Below are positions 28,621 through 37,854 of a stretch of DNA of 64,000 nucleotides, in pieces; the first letter of the stretch is position 1, and every line of letters begins with the position of its first letter. Made by a program: the position numbers and the translations under genes. The stretch comes from a virus: the IMG/VR virus record IMGVR_UViG_3300035180_002703, positions 10,465 through 74,464 of that record; one strand, given 5' to 3'. The notes under the pieces were generated by a model that had not been told where the DNA came from, searched no databases, and saw only the letters and a program-made list of their open reading frames with translations.

Positions 28621-28947
28621 TTGACCGACGAATATGCGGGCCTTAGAATACGGCGGTACGAACGAAAGCGGGCTCGAAGGGAGAAATTCCTGGAGAACTC
28701 ATGGCGCACGCTGATCGCAGTCGCAGTCCTGGCAGGCATCGCAGTGGAGTATCACAGGCTGCAGGTTCTGGATAAGCTCGCACAGTCGCCGGTGGTGGTT
28801 TACATGCCATCGGAGCGGAAGGCGATGCGCGAGGTTCGACCGCTCGCGAGCCGGGGGAGGCGCGTTGTTCGCGAGTCAAGCGATCCGCATTACAAGGGAA
28901 TGTTGCCGGCATTGCCAGACCTGCCGGGGAGAGGAGAGGGAGAATGA
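28621..28947 (+). CDS. membrane-anchored hypothetical protein
   Basis: TTG start with SD; basic N-terminus then one TM. Confidence 0.55.
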   Translation: MTDEYAGLRIRRYERKRARREKFLENSWRTLIAVAVLAGIAVEYHRLQVLDKLAQSPVVVYMPSERKAMREVRPLASRGRRVVRESSDPHYKGMLPALPDLPGRGEGE

Positions 28948-29747
28948 GCGAGGCCGAGGAGAAACATGAGGCGGTGGGCTCCGCAGAGTGGGCCGCGAAG
29001 CGTTGCATCAAAATGCAGGGGGGTAAGTGGTACCTGCCAGTGGCTCCGCGCGTACAGTGGTTTAGAACGGTGCATCCCGACTGGGGTATCAGCACGTCCC
29101 TGATCGAGGGCGGCCACGAGGCGGGGTTCGCGACGGTGCAGGCGATCATCTACAACCCCGAGGGCCGGCTGCTCGCATCCGGGATGAAGACCGAGTCCAA
29201 GCATGACTTTCCCGCAGGGTGGGTCGAGAAGGCGGAGAGTGGCGCTGTGGGCCGGGCGCTGGCATTGCTCGGGTTCGGCACGCAGTTCACGCCGGAACTT
29301 GACGAAGCGCCGCGGATCGTCGATACTCCACGGCGTCCCGTCTCGGATCACGGAGGCCTGCCGGTGTCCACGAAGGTCACGGACAGCATCTGGGAGGGTG
29401 ACGGACCCTGTCCGTTCTGCCATGCCAAACCTGGCACGGGGCACGTCGAGGCGTGTCGATACATCGGAAAGTCGCCCGAGGAGGTGGACAAGGACATCGC
29501 GGCACGGCGATGGATCGCGGAGTTGGCGAAGCGCGGCTACACTGACAAAGAAAGCCGCGCGCGTGTTCTCCGCGACGTGTTGACATGGAAGGCCGGCGGG
29601 AAGGTCAACCCGCGAGTCCCTCCGCCGGTGCTTTCGACTTACACTGCCGCCGACTTCAGGCTCGCGGTCGATAACCTGGAGGCCTACGAGGCGGTGCGGA
29701 ACAAGACCGATCAGGCGCTCGCATCGAGCGCTGACTTCACGGATTAG
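28944..29747 (+). CDS. single-strand annealing recombinase (Rad52/Sak-like)
   Basis: YLPVAPRVQWFR...EKAESGAVGRALALLGFG. Confidence 0.65.
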   Translation: MSEAEEKHEAVGSAEWAAKRCIKMQGGKWYLPVAPRVQWFRTVHPDWGISTSLIEGGHEAGFATVQAIIYNPEGRLLASGMKTESKHDFPAGWVEKAESGAVGRALALLGFGTQFTPELDEAPRIVDTPRRPVSDHGGLPVSTKVTDSIWEGDGPCPFCHAKPGTGHVEACRYIGKSPEEVDKDIAARRWIAELAKRGYTDKESRARVLRDVLTWKAGGKVNPRVPPPVLSTYTAADFRLAVDNLEAYEAVRNKTDQALASSADFTD

Positions 29748-29766
29748 ACATGCTACATAACTCGGT

Positions 29767-29808
29767 GAAACCCCGTCCGCCGCCGGTTCGTCGGGCGGGG
29801 TTTCTTTC
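29767..29808 (+). terminator. intrinsic terminator
   Basis: GAAACCCCGTCCG/CGGGCGGGGTTTC followed by TTT. Confidence 0.65.
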
Positions 29809-29821
29809 CCGCAGTGCGGGA
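29806..29821. promoter_or_regulatory. palindrome TTCCCGCAGTGCGGGA, copy 2
   Basis: Same core as 4829 and 52616. Confidence 0.6.
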
Positions 29822-29836
29822 GAAGGGAGGGTGGGT

Positions 29837-30157
29837 ATGCCTTGGTATAGGATGACCGCTAAACCGCGCTCTGCGAGCGAATCCTGGGTCTTTACGTGCC
29901 CTTCCTGCGGGCACGAGGCGTGGGCGGTTAGCGAGGAACTTCCTGGCTATACTCGCATCGAATGGGGCTGCATCAGCCCGGATTGCCCGGCGGGCGGTTC
30001 GCAGTGGATCGAGCACAAGAGGGAACGCGCGGTGGCGGCTCCGGAGGGGCGCTCGTGGGGCGCAGTCAACGTGGCGATTGTCGTTGCGGCCCTGGTCGCG
30101 TTCTGGTGGGGGTTCGTGCCCTGGGCCGTCGAAATGCTGGTCCGACTCTGGAAGTAG
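29837..30157 (+). CDS. zinc-ribbon membrane protein
   Basis: CPSC...EWGC...C plus C-terminal TM. Confidence 0.6.
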   Translation: MPWYRMTAKPRSASESWVFTCPSCGHEAWAVSEELPGYTRIEWGCISPDCPAGGSQWIEHKRERAVAAPEGRSWGAVNVAIVVAALVAFWWGFVPWAVEMLVRLWK

Positions 30158-30182
30158 CTCTGCGAGGCAAAGGAGGGGGGAA

Positions 30183-30548
30183 ATGGGTTCTGAAGTGAGC
30201 CGGGAGCGGATGTCGTCTCAAGAACAGTCGATGTTGACCGGCGTGGTTGATTTCGAACTATTCGAGCTCACCTGTCCGCGCTGCGGGGCCACGGCCGTTG
30301 CCATTGCCGAGTCGCGAGATGGCGGCGTATATGCCGAGTGGGATTGCTGCGACGACATGTGCGGGCTGCATGGGGGTATGTGGACGGAGGAGTGCTCGCG
30401 GGATCGTGGGCCGATGAAAACTATGCCGCCGGTGGCGATCATCACGCTTGCGAATCTGAGGCTGGCTGCGATAGCTATCGGGATATTGCTGGCGTTCTGC
30501 TTGCATTACAGCGGATTTCTTCACGCGCTGACTGCGGTGCTTCGATGA
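30183..30548 (+). CDS. zinc-ribbon membrane protein
   Basis: CPRC...EWDC...C plus TM. Confidence 0.6.
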   Translation: MGSEVSRERMSSQEQSMLTGVVDFELFELTCPRCGATAVAIAESRDGGVYAEWDCCDDMCGLHGGMWTEECSRDRGPMKTMPPVAIITLANLRLAAIAIGILLAFCLHYSGFLHALTAVLR

Positions 30549-30937
30549 ACGAGAAGTCTTCTTCCGGTGGCTGGGAAGTCATCAGGTCCGCGATGGGCCG
30601 TGAGCTGGCCATGTTCAACGAGTACAGGCCGGCGACGTTCGAGTCACATTCGCTTTTGCGACGTTGCCCGTATTGCGGGCATTTGTCCGACCTTTCCGTT
30701 AGGTGGCGTCCCGGGGGGGCCTACGTCGAATGGGACTGCGAGCCGCGGTATTGCGGGCGACGCGGCTACGCATGGTGGAGGCGCAGGCCGCTGATCAGCA
30801 GGCTTCTTCGCAAGCTTCGGCGCGAGGGGATTACGCGCGATGACCTCAAGCGTCTCGGGGCAATCGCGGCAGAGGTCGCCTTCTGGCTTTGCTACGCTGC
30901 ATGGATGGCATCACTACTTGCGAAACTACGGAGATAG
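30545..30937 (+). CDS. zinc-ribbon membrane protein
   Basis: CPYC...EWDC...C plus TM. Confidence 0.6.
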   Translation: MNEKSSSGGWEVIRSAMGRELAMFNEYRPATFESHSLLRRCPYCGHLSDLSVRWRPGGAYVEWDCEPRYCGRRGYAWWRRRPLISRLLRKLRREGITRDDLKRLGAIAAEVAFWLCYAAWMASLLAKLRR

Positions 30938-30940
30938 AAA

Positions 30941-31897
30941 TTGGGCACGCTATCGGAAGGACTGCTGGCACGATTGAACGAACCTGTCCCGGCAGGTGCG
31001 CAGGAGCGATACCTGGAATGGCTCGACGCGGGGTTGTTCGCGCCGGTGCCGGAGATCGGGCCGTCGGAGCTGCGGGAATGGGTGAGACTGTCGATTACTC
31101 GGGTGAAAACGCTGGCATTCAAATTGGGCATGCTCTACGCGTACGGCACACAGACGTTCGGCGAAGAGGTTAGACAGGTCGCGGAGGAAGCGGGCGTTAG
31201 CTTGCATACGATCGAGAACAACGCGTCGATCATTCGCAGGTTCGGTGGATCGCCGGAACTGCGGGCCATTGCGGCAAGCGACGGCATCACCACGCGGCAT
31301 TTGGACGCGCTATGCGACCGACGCCTGGACGACTCGGAGCGGGTGGAGCTTGGCAAGACGATTGTCGATCGCGGGATGTCGAGCATTGCGGCTCGGGCGC
31401 TCGTTCGGGAATACGTCTCGGCGCGCGAGGATATCAAGGAATCGCCGGAATGGTCTCCGGGCGGGCCGTTCGACGCGTCGGCGGCGTCGAGGGCGGTGGA
31501 CGCTGTCATCTCCTCCGCGAAGGCGCGCGATATCGCGTCGGTCCTTCTTGGCCTGCTCGATGACCGTCTGCCAGACTGGCGCGCGGAGTTCGGTATCGCT
31601 CGTGACGCTGACAAGTGCGACGCGCTGCAGGCGGCTATGAGTGCCCTTCTGACGGCATACAAGGCGCATGGTGGGACGTTGGAGGATATCATGGCCGCCG
31701 ATCCGACGATTGGCCGCCGGTGCGACTGGGTGTCGGAAATGACCGGGGAATGCATACCTGCCATCATCGAAGGCTATGCGCGCGGTGGTAGGACTGTGCT
31801 CGTAGACGTCGACGGATTTGACAGGGACCGCGGGCGCGCGCGTATCGTTCCGACCGAGGCTGTCCGTCTTGAGCTCACACGCAAAGGAGGCTCATAG
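30941..31897 (+). CDS. hypothetical protein, possible HTH DNA-binding
   Basis: QVAEEAGVSLHTIEN; start uncertain. Confidence 0.55.
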   Translation: MGTLSEGLLARLNEPVPAGAQERYLEWLDAGLFAPVPEIGPSELREWVRLSITRVKTLAFKLGMLYAYGTQTFGEEVRQVAEEAGVSLHTIENNASIIRRFGGSPELRAIAASDGITTRHLDALCDRRLDDSERVELGKTIVDRGMSSIAARALVREYVSAREDIKESPEWSPGGPFDASAASRAVDAVISSAKARDIASVLLGLLDDRLPDWRAEFGIARDADKCDALQAAMSALLTAYKAHGGTLEDIMAADPTIGRRCDWVSEMTGECIPAIIEGYARGGRTVLVDVDGFDRDRGRARIVPTEAVRLELTRKGGS

Positions 31898-31898
31898 C

Positions 31899-32291
31899 AT
31901 GGTTGGTTCCCGTCGGATGAAGTACGGCAATAACCGGGTTCGGGTGGATGGGCAGTTGTTCGACTCTGTCGGAGAGTACGAGCATTGGAAGCATTTGCGG
32001 GAACGGGAGGCTGCCGGGGAGATCAGTGATCTGAAGCGACAGATGGCATTCGAGCTTGCTCCGTCACTTGTCCTCTGGGGTCGCAAGAAACCTGCATTGC
32101 GATACATCGCCGATTACGTGTACATGGAGAACGGCGAGCGTGTTGTCGCTGACTACAAGGGCGGGCCGCTGACGCCATTGTTTCGCGCGAAGGCGCATCT
32201 GCTGAAGGCGGTGCATGGCATCGATATCCTCATTGTGCGTGGTCGGGCCGATCGTCGCGGGAGGGGCGGAAATGAAGCGAATAACGCTTGA
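31899..32291 (+). CDS. DUF1064-family endonuclease
   Basis: KYGN..V.VDG..FDS..E...Y.ADY.Y...DYKG. Confidence 0.85.
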   Translation: MVGSRRMKYGNNRVRVDGQLFDSVGEYEHWKHLREREAAGEISDLKRQMAFELAPSLVLWGRKKPALRYIADYVYMENGERVVADYKGGPLTPLFRAKAHLLKAVHGIDILIVRGRADRRGRGGNEANNA

Positions 32292-33663
32292 TCTGAATGA
32301 TCTGGTTGTGCAGGGAAACATTCGGCGTTTGACGTTTGCCGAACGGGGCGCGTTCGACATATTATTGGAGCAGTATATCACGCGCGGAGGCTCGCTGCCG
32401 TTGGACGTGGACGAATGTTGCGATTTGGCCTCGGCGCGAACTGAGGAGGATCGGGCGGTAGTGAAGTCGACGCTGTCGGCGGCGTTTCGTGCGACCGATG
32501 ATGGTTGGCGCAGCACCTGGGCCGATGGTCTCGCGGAGCGTGTCGGTCGGCGTTCGGACACCTATCGGGAGAATGCCGTGGCGCGTTGGTCGAAGTCGCG
32601 GAATGGCGTTGATATCGCTGATAATGCATGCAATAGCATCGGCGAAAATGCAATTGCAATGCAATTGCATCCGGAGAAATGCAATTGCATCGGCTCGAAC
32701 GGGATCGGACCGAAAATCGCATCTGATAGTGCTGATAATGGCGTTGATATCGCTGATAACTCATGCAATTGCATCGAATCACATGCAATTGGAATGCAAT
32801 TGCATCAGGCGGAATGCAATTGCAATGCAATAGCATCGGCGGGAATGCAATTGCATCAGGCGGAATGCAATTGCAATGCAATAGCATCAGATTGCATGAA
32901 TTCGCATGGAATCGCGTCGAAAAGCGTCCAAGATGGCGATGATGACGCTGTTTCTGACGTTCCCCCCCCTTATAACCCCCCTATATACAAAGACTCTATA
33001 CTAATACAAAGAGTCTTTGACTCTAAGAGACTCTCTACCTCTGAAGACTCTATATCTAACAAAGAGTCTTGTAAGACTCTAAAAGACTATAAAGACGAAG
33101 AGAGTCTTGGCGTTGAGAAGAGAGATTGTACGAATTACCACTCTTGCGCAAATCGCGTCGATTTTGCGCTTTTCGATGTCGAAAACGACGTTGAAGCACA
33201 GGGCGATGGCGTTGCGCAACCTGACGTCGCGAACAACGCCACGACGCTGGACCCGGGGCACGGTGGTAGTAGTCGCTCGAAAGGATGGACCGCGGAGGAA
33301 GTGAAGGAGAAACAGTTGCGTGGCTTCAACAGGTTCTGGGAACTTCAACCCCGAAAGGTCGATAAGGCTCGGTGCTGGGCATGGTGGCAGCGCAACGTTC
33401 GCGAACGCGGCATCGCTCCGGCTATCATCAACGGCTTCAAGGCATATCTCGCCACGTGCAATCCGGAGGATAACTTCAAGTACGCGAAGCGACCCATAAC
33501 CTGGCTCCGTGGTAGGTGCTGGGAGGACGAAGGGCTCGATCCTTCTGCTCTGGAGGCTGTTCTACCTGCTCGCGAACCCATCCGCGATCTCGGATTCGAG
33601 TATAGTGCAGAGAATCTCGAACGAACGCTCGGAATCTCGCTTCCACGCGCGAAAAGCGGCTAA
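32272..33663 (+). CDS. phage replication initiator (YdaU/DUF1376-like N-terminus)
   Basis: ERGAFDILLEQY, central repeats, FNRFWELQPRKVDK...TWLRGRCWED; upstream of DnaB. Confidence 0.8.
   Translation: MKRITLDLNDLVVQGNIRRLTFAERGAFDILLEQYITRGGSLPLDVDECCDLASARTEEDRAVVKSTLSAAFRATDDGWRSTWADGLAERVGRRSDTYRENAVARWSKSRNGVDIADNACNSIGENAIAMQLHPEKCNCIGSNGIGPKIASDSADNGVDIADNSCNCIESHAIGMQLHQAECNCNAIASAGMQLHQAECNCNAIASDCMNSHGIASKSVQDGDDDAVSDVPPPYNPPIYKDSILIQRVFDSKRLSTSEDSISNKESCKTLKDYKDEESLGVEKRDCTNYHSCANRVDFALFDVENDVEAQGDGVAQPDVANNATTLDPGHGGSSRSKGWTAEEVKEKQLRGFNRFWELQPRKVDKARCWAWWQRNVRERGIAPAIINGFKAYLATCNPEDNFKYAKRPITWLRGRCWEDEGLDPSALEAVLPAREPIRDLGFEYSAENLERTLGISLPRAKSG
32600..33110. repeat. iteron-like repeats, probable replication origin
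   Basis: Many TGCAATTGCA palindromes (32646-32880), then AT-rich AAGACTCT/AGAGTCTT repeats (32989-33108). Confidence 0.65.
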
Positions 33664-33767
33664 TCCGGTTCGTTGTACTCGTTTCGGCTTAGAACGCGTC
33701 TGCGGGCATCCTGGCGCGATTACGGGGCATTGTGGAAGTTCGACGAAACTAGCATCGGAGGATTCGC

Positions 33768-35153
33768 GTGAGTAACAACCGTCTGCCGCCGCAAAGTCTG
33801 GAAATGGAACAGGCAGTCTGCGGCGCTATGCTGATCGACCCGGAAGCGGTCTGGACGTGCGCATCCATTCTCCGACAAACGGACTTCTACCGAGTCGAAC
33901 ATGGTACCGTCTTCGCAGCAGTCATCGCCGTCGCGTCGCGCGGGCAGGCGGTCGACGTGCTCACAGTCCAAGAAGAGCTTCGCTCGGCAGGCAATCTCGA
34001 AACTTGCGGAGGCGCTCCTTATCTGGTTCACCTCACAGACTGTGTACCTTCTGCAGCTAACGCGGAATATTATGCTAAGGTCGTGGCGGAGAAAGCTACT
34101 CTGCGACGTATCTCGGACGCTGGCTCGCAGCTGCGTACGATGGTCTATGCGGATTACGACGAAATCGGCGATGTCTGCGATAAGGCGTTTCGTACGGTCA
34201 TGGACGCAGTTTCGCATCGTGATAGTCGCAACCCATCAGACGCTCGTACGCTGGTCGAAGAAATTCTCGCGGAAGTCGATAAATTGCGCGAAACTGGAGA
34301 AATTCCGGGCCTTTCTACCGGATTCGCTGATCTCGATACGGCAACGGCGGGGTTCTGCGGAGGTGAACTCGTTATCGTCGCAGGCGCTCCGTCTATGGGC
34401 AAATCGGCTTTCGCGCTCCAAATCGCTCGCCACGTCGCTCGCAAGCACGGGCCCGTCCTTATCGTCTCACTCGAAATGTCTGGACGGGAAATCATGCATC
34501 GACAACTTTCTATCGAATCTGGTATCGACCTGCTACGATTGCGACGCGGAATGGTCTCGAAGGAAGAGCGAGAAACGCTAGATAGAGTCGGAAAGACTCT
34601 CTGCTCGGAACCGGTGCTCATTCACGATCGCGGCGTCGATTCGCTCGGCGCAATCCGACAAGCAGTTCGACGAATGAGGCCGGAACCGGTTATGGTGCTC
34701 GTCGATTACCTGCAAATCATGCGAGTCGAACGTGTCACGGATAATCGGGCGCAGGACCTCGGCGCTATCTGCAGAGGCTTGAAACGTCTCGGCATGGATT
34801 ACGAAATGCCAGTGGTCCTATTGTCACAACTTTCACGCGAAATCGCAAGGCGAAACGATCGCAAACCGGTTATGTCTGATCTCCGAGACTCGGGCGCGAT
34901 AGAACAGGACGCGGATATCGTGCTCGGATTGTATCGCGAGAATTACTACAAGTCACAAGGCGTTGTAACGCGAGACTCGCCACCGGAGGAAGCGGAAATC
35001 CTGATCATGAAACAACGCAACGGGCCGCGCGGTTCGGTTCGCGTTATGTTTCGACCGGCTACGGCGCAGTGGGCGTCTGGAATGTTTGGCGCGCGTGCTG
35101 ACGCATACACGCGATATGATCAGACGCCAAACGATGAAGACTATACCGACTAG
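33768..35153 (+). CDS. dnaB: replicative DNA helicase
   Basis: PPQSLEMEQ, GAPSMGKS, SLEMS, VDYLQ, LSQLSR, DLRDSGAIEQDAD, KQRNGP. Confidence 0.95.
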   Translation: MSNNRLPPQSLEMEQAVCGAMLIDPEAVWTCASILRQTDFYRVEHGTVFAAVIAVASRGQAVDVLTVQEELRSAGNLETCGGAPYLVHLTDCVPSAANAEYYAKVVAEKATLRRISDAGSQLRTMVYADYDEIGDVCDKAFRTVMDAVSHRDSRNPSDARTLVEEILAEVDKLRETGEIPGLSTGFADLDTATAGFCGGELVIVAGAPSMGKSAFALQIARHVARKHGPVLIVSLEMSGREIMHRQLSIESGIDLLRLRRGMVSKEERETLDRVGKTLCSEPVLIHDRGVDSLGAIRQAVRRMRPEPVMVLVDYLQIMRVERVTDNRAQDLGAICRGLKRLGMDYEMPVVLLSQLSREIARRNDRKPVMSDLRDSGAIEQDADIVLGLYRENYYKSQGVVTRDSPPEEAEILIMKQRNGPRGSVRVMFRPATAQWASGMFGARADAYTRYDQTPNDEDYTD

Positions 35154-35164
35154 GAGGGGAAGTT

Positions 35165-35503
35165 ATGCAGGTACCGGAACTCTTCACGATCGCGCGCGAA
35201 GCGGGCGTGCGCGTTCGCTTGATGGATGGGCGGATCGTGTTCGGGCCGCGCGCGGCGTTCGAAGCTCTACCGGCGCATGTTCAAGATGGTCTGCGTGCAG
35301 CGAAAGCGATCTTTGCATTACACGTGGACGAAACCGGAGAGGTGACTGGCTATCGGCAGTGGGGGCCGTGCGACGACACGGCGCATCCGGAAGGTCTCGG
35401 GCGTTGTGCAGTCTGTTGGCGGATAGTTCACAATGATGGCGTTTGTCGCATAGGCGATAACGGGGAATTCACGATCACTCACTCGGCTTGTTCTGGTACA
35501 TAG
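35165..35503 (+). CDS. hypothetical protein
   Basis: SD AGGAGG. Confidence 0.6.
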   Translation: MQVPELFTIAREAGVRVRLMDGRIVFGPRAAFEALPAHVQDGLRAAKAIFALHVDETGEVTGYRQWGPCDDTAHPEGLGRCAVCWRIVHNDGVCRIGDNGEFTITHSACSGT

Positions 35504-35616
35504 ATGGTAACGTTTTGGTCAATTTCAGGCTGTTTGGTAAGGCTTTGGTAAGGCGATGGTCAAGTCCTGGTAAGTTTGGTAAGGCTTTGGTAAGCTTCTG
35601 GTAAGGCTTTGGTACC
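35494..35616. repeat. 11-bp-phased TGGTAAG array
   Basis: TGGT at 35494, 35505, 35516, 35535, 35546, 35557, 35568, 35577, 35588, 35599, 35610. Confidence 0.85.
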
Positions 35617-35701
35617 ATCCTCGTGCTGTTTCTCCTTGTACTATCCTCAACGTCCGATAATGTGCTTTACGCCATTCGAGAAACTTTTTTTCGAAGTGGG
35701 C

Positions 35702-35730
35702 TTGACAAGCTCGGGCCGTTATGGTAGTAT
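35702..35730 (+). promoter_or_regulatory. sigma70 promoter
   Basis: TTGACA-17-TAGTAT, extended TG. Confidence 0.75.
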
Positions 35731-35771
35731 ATATTCATAACAAGGCGAAAGACGGAAGGGGGGCGAGGGGA

Positions 35772-36005
35772 ATGTGTTCAGTCGATGTAGAGGCGTTGCG
35801 GGATACCGTGAAGTGGCTTCGGGGGAGAAGTGAAGATCATCTTGTAGTAGCTCGGAACTGGGATAACGACGTCGCATACTATAGCGCTAAGCCGGGCTAC
35901 CGAGAAGAGGTTCAGGTGTATGCGGCGTTTCGGGATTCGTTTCGCAAGCGATCGGCGGAGGTGTTGGAGATCGCGGAGATGGTCGAGAAAGCGATACTAC
36001 CATGA
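35772..36005 (+). CDS. hypothetical protein
   Basis: SD, helical. Confidence 0.6.
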   Translation: MCSVDVEALRDTVKWLRGRSEDHLVVARNWDNDVAYYSAKPGYREEVQVYAAFRDSFRKRSAEVLEIAEMVEKAILP

Positions 36006-36022
36006 TGGAAGGAGGCAGGGGA

Positions 36023-36247
36023 ATGTCAGATGTGTTGCGTACGAGGCTGTTGGTAGGGAAACTGCGCGAGATTGGAACCGGTCTGCGAGAAAGCCAGGAG
36101 AAGTGTCCTGACAAGACGAACGCGATTGGTTGGGGTGATCGGGCGGATGGCGTGGAGGCTTTTGCTGACGCTCTGTCTAAGGCGCTGGACTCACACGCGC
36201 GATATGATGTGGAAACGGCGTTTGAGATTGTGTTTGGCGCGCGATAG
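36023..36247 (+). CDS. hypothetical protein
   Basis: SD AAGGAGG. Confidence 0.6.
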   Translation: MSDVLRTRLLVGKLREIGTGLRESQEKCPDKTNAIGWGDRADGVEAFADALSKALDSHARYDVETAFEIVFGAR

Positions 36248-36250
36248 AAA

Positions 36251-36313
36251 GCCGAAACCGGTCTTCGGGCCGGTCTATGCAGGACGGCTACCTGCATACT
36301 GAAGAGGCAAGCT
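36251..36313 (+). ncRNA. type II hammerhead ribozyme
   Basis: GCC GAAA-CCGGUC(UUCG)GGCCGG-UC-UAUGCAGG(loop)CCUGCAUA-CUGAAGA GGC. Confidence 0.92.
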
Positions 36314-36314
36314 T

Positions 36315-36347
36315 CTGCATAAGTCGGCACCTTCGGGGCCGCGGCAG
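36315..36347 (+). ncRNA. structured leader motif copy 6
   Basis: CUGC AUAAGU CGGC A CC(UUCG)GG GCCG CG GCAG. Confidence 0.8.
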
Positions 36348-36360
36348 GTTGGAGGTAGAT

Positions 36361-36669
36361 ATGACGTCGCAGGAGGAGTCTCGGGTGCGCCGTGTTCTGT
36401 CGGATTTATACTATGCTAGCAGTGAGGGGGAAGGACTGGCGAAGCAGTGGGAAGAGTGGGCACATGAGGCCGAAACTAATCAGAACAAGTGGATATCTGC
36501 TGAAGCGAAGGCGAAGAAGGCAGAATACTGCAGGAAGATTGCGGGGGTTCATGCTATGACTGCGATGCATTTGGGCGGTATTGCGGATGCTATTGCGGGT
36601 GCTATCAACGCTGGTGCGCTTGACGCGCTGGAAGACATATTCGGCGCGGTTTACGGGGTTCGGGATTAG
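36361..36669 (+). CDS. hypothetical protein
   Basis: SD GGAGG. Confidence 0.65.
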   Translation: MTSQEESRVRRVLSDLYYASSEGEGLAKQWEEWAHEAETNQNKWISAEAKAKKAEYCRKIAGVHAMTAMHLGGIADAIAGAINAGALDALEDIFGAVYGVRD

Positions 36670-36686
36670 CTTTGGCGTTGTGCTAG

Positions 36687-36719
36687 GCGCATAAGTCGGC
36701 ACCTATCGGGCCGCGGCGC
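36687..36719 (+). ncRNA. structured leader motif copy 7
   Basis: GCGC AUAAGU CGGC A..GCCG CG GCGC. Confidence 0.8.
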
Positions 36720-36735
36720 ATGGAGGGGCGAAGGA

Positions 36736-36990
36736 ATGTCTAAGGCGGAGCGGTTGCGGGGGCTAGTGTCGAAGTTGTACGAGATGGCGGATGGTGCGGG
36801 CGTTCGCGCGGCTTATAATCAAAGCTTGGCGAATAGGGAGCGGGAGTCTGAAGTGTGGGTTGCGCCGGAGTCGCGCGCGGCATTGGTCGCTATGTACCGG
36901 GCTCAAGCTGACGCTGCGGCGAATAGGAAGCTGGAGCTAGCATGGCTTGCTAATCAGGTCGAGCAGATACTGGATCAGGAGGGGGAATGA
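36736..36990 (+). CDS. hypothetical protein
   Basis: SD, helical. Confidence 0.65.
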   Translation: MSKAERLRGLVSKLYEMADGAGVRAAYNQSLANRERESEVWVAPESRAALVAMYRAQADAAANRKLELAWLANQVEQILDQEGE

Positions 36991-37289
36991 TGGATATCGA
37001 ACTGCTTCGAGTGATCGTTCAGGAACTGCGGGCCCGGGCCGCGAAACTGCAGGAAGAGGCGGGCGCATGGGCGGAGGATATGCAGAACATGGAGGCGAAG
37101 GCCGAAGCGAGTCCGGCGTTTCGCGAGGAATACTTGGAGAGTGCACGCGTGTCGAAGATATTCGCTAATGCAGGAAAGGCGCACGCGAAAGAACTGTCGG
37201 AGTTGGCGGAGCTGATCGATTCTGCCACGAACGGTTTCGCGGGCAAGGCGTTGTGCACGGCAATCGAGAGCGCGGCGCGGGCGCGCTAG
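36987..37289 (+). CDS. hypothetical protein
   Basis: ATGA coupling. Confidence 0.65.
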   Translation: MMDIELLRVIVQELRARAAKLQEEAGAWAEDMQNMEAKAEASPAFREEYLESARVSKIFANAGKAHAKELSELAELIDSATNGFAGKALCTAIESAARAR

Positions 37290-37302
37290 AAGGAGGGGAG
37301 CG

Positions 37303-37854
37303 ATGGATTTCGATAGGGTCGAAGGGGTTGCGTCGGAGTTGGAGTTCCGGGCGCGAGAGTATCGCAGACTCTCTCAGGAGGCCGCGGAGGCCGCGGAGAG
37401 GGCCGAGAAGTCGGACGGTTGGCAGACTCCTGAAGACAAGGCGCGCGAGGTGGTTCTGCACAAGGCGCGCGCGGAGTTGTACACCATGCGGGCGAGTGAG
37501 ATGGAGGATATGTCTCGGCGGTTGTACGACGCGTTGTATCCTGCCGAGGAGAAGGGCTGTCCGTCGTCGAAGAACTTCGACAGTCTCCGATTTGTCATGG
37601 CGGATATGTGGCATCGCGTGCAGGAATATCGCGATAACTCGCCGGAAATGCTGGCAGTTATCGTTCGGGCGGAGCAGGCGGATTGTTGGAAGACTGCGGA
37701 GGCCAAGGCGCGCGGGTGTGCATACTACGGGGAGTATGCGAAGGGATACAAGGACTGGGCGCGGGAGCTTGAGGATTTGGAATACGATTTGCGATATGGG
37801 CTGTTTCCTGAAGAGTACGAGCAGGAAGAGGAAGAGGAGAAGGAGGGGGAATAA
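37303..37854 (+). CDS. hypothetical acidic protein
   Basis: SD AAGGAGG; Glu-rich tail. Confidence 0.7.
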   Translation: MDFDRVEGVASELEFRAREYRRLSQEAAEAAERAEKSDGWQTPEDKAREVVLHKARAELYTMRASEMEDMSRRLYDALYPAEEKGCPSSKNFDSLRFVMADMWHRVQEYRDNSPEMLAVIVRAEQADCWKTAEAKARGCAYYGEYAKGYKDWARELEDLEYDLRYGLFPEEYEQEEEEEKEGE

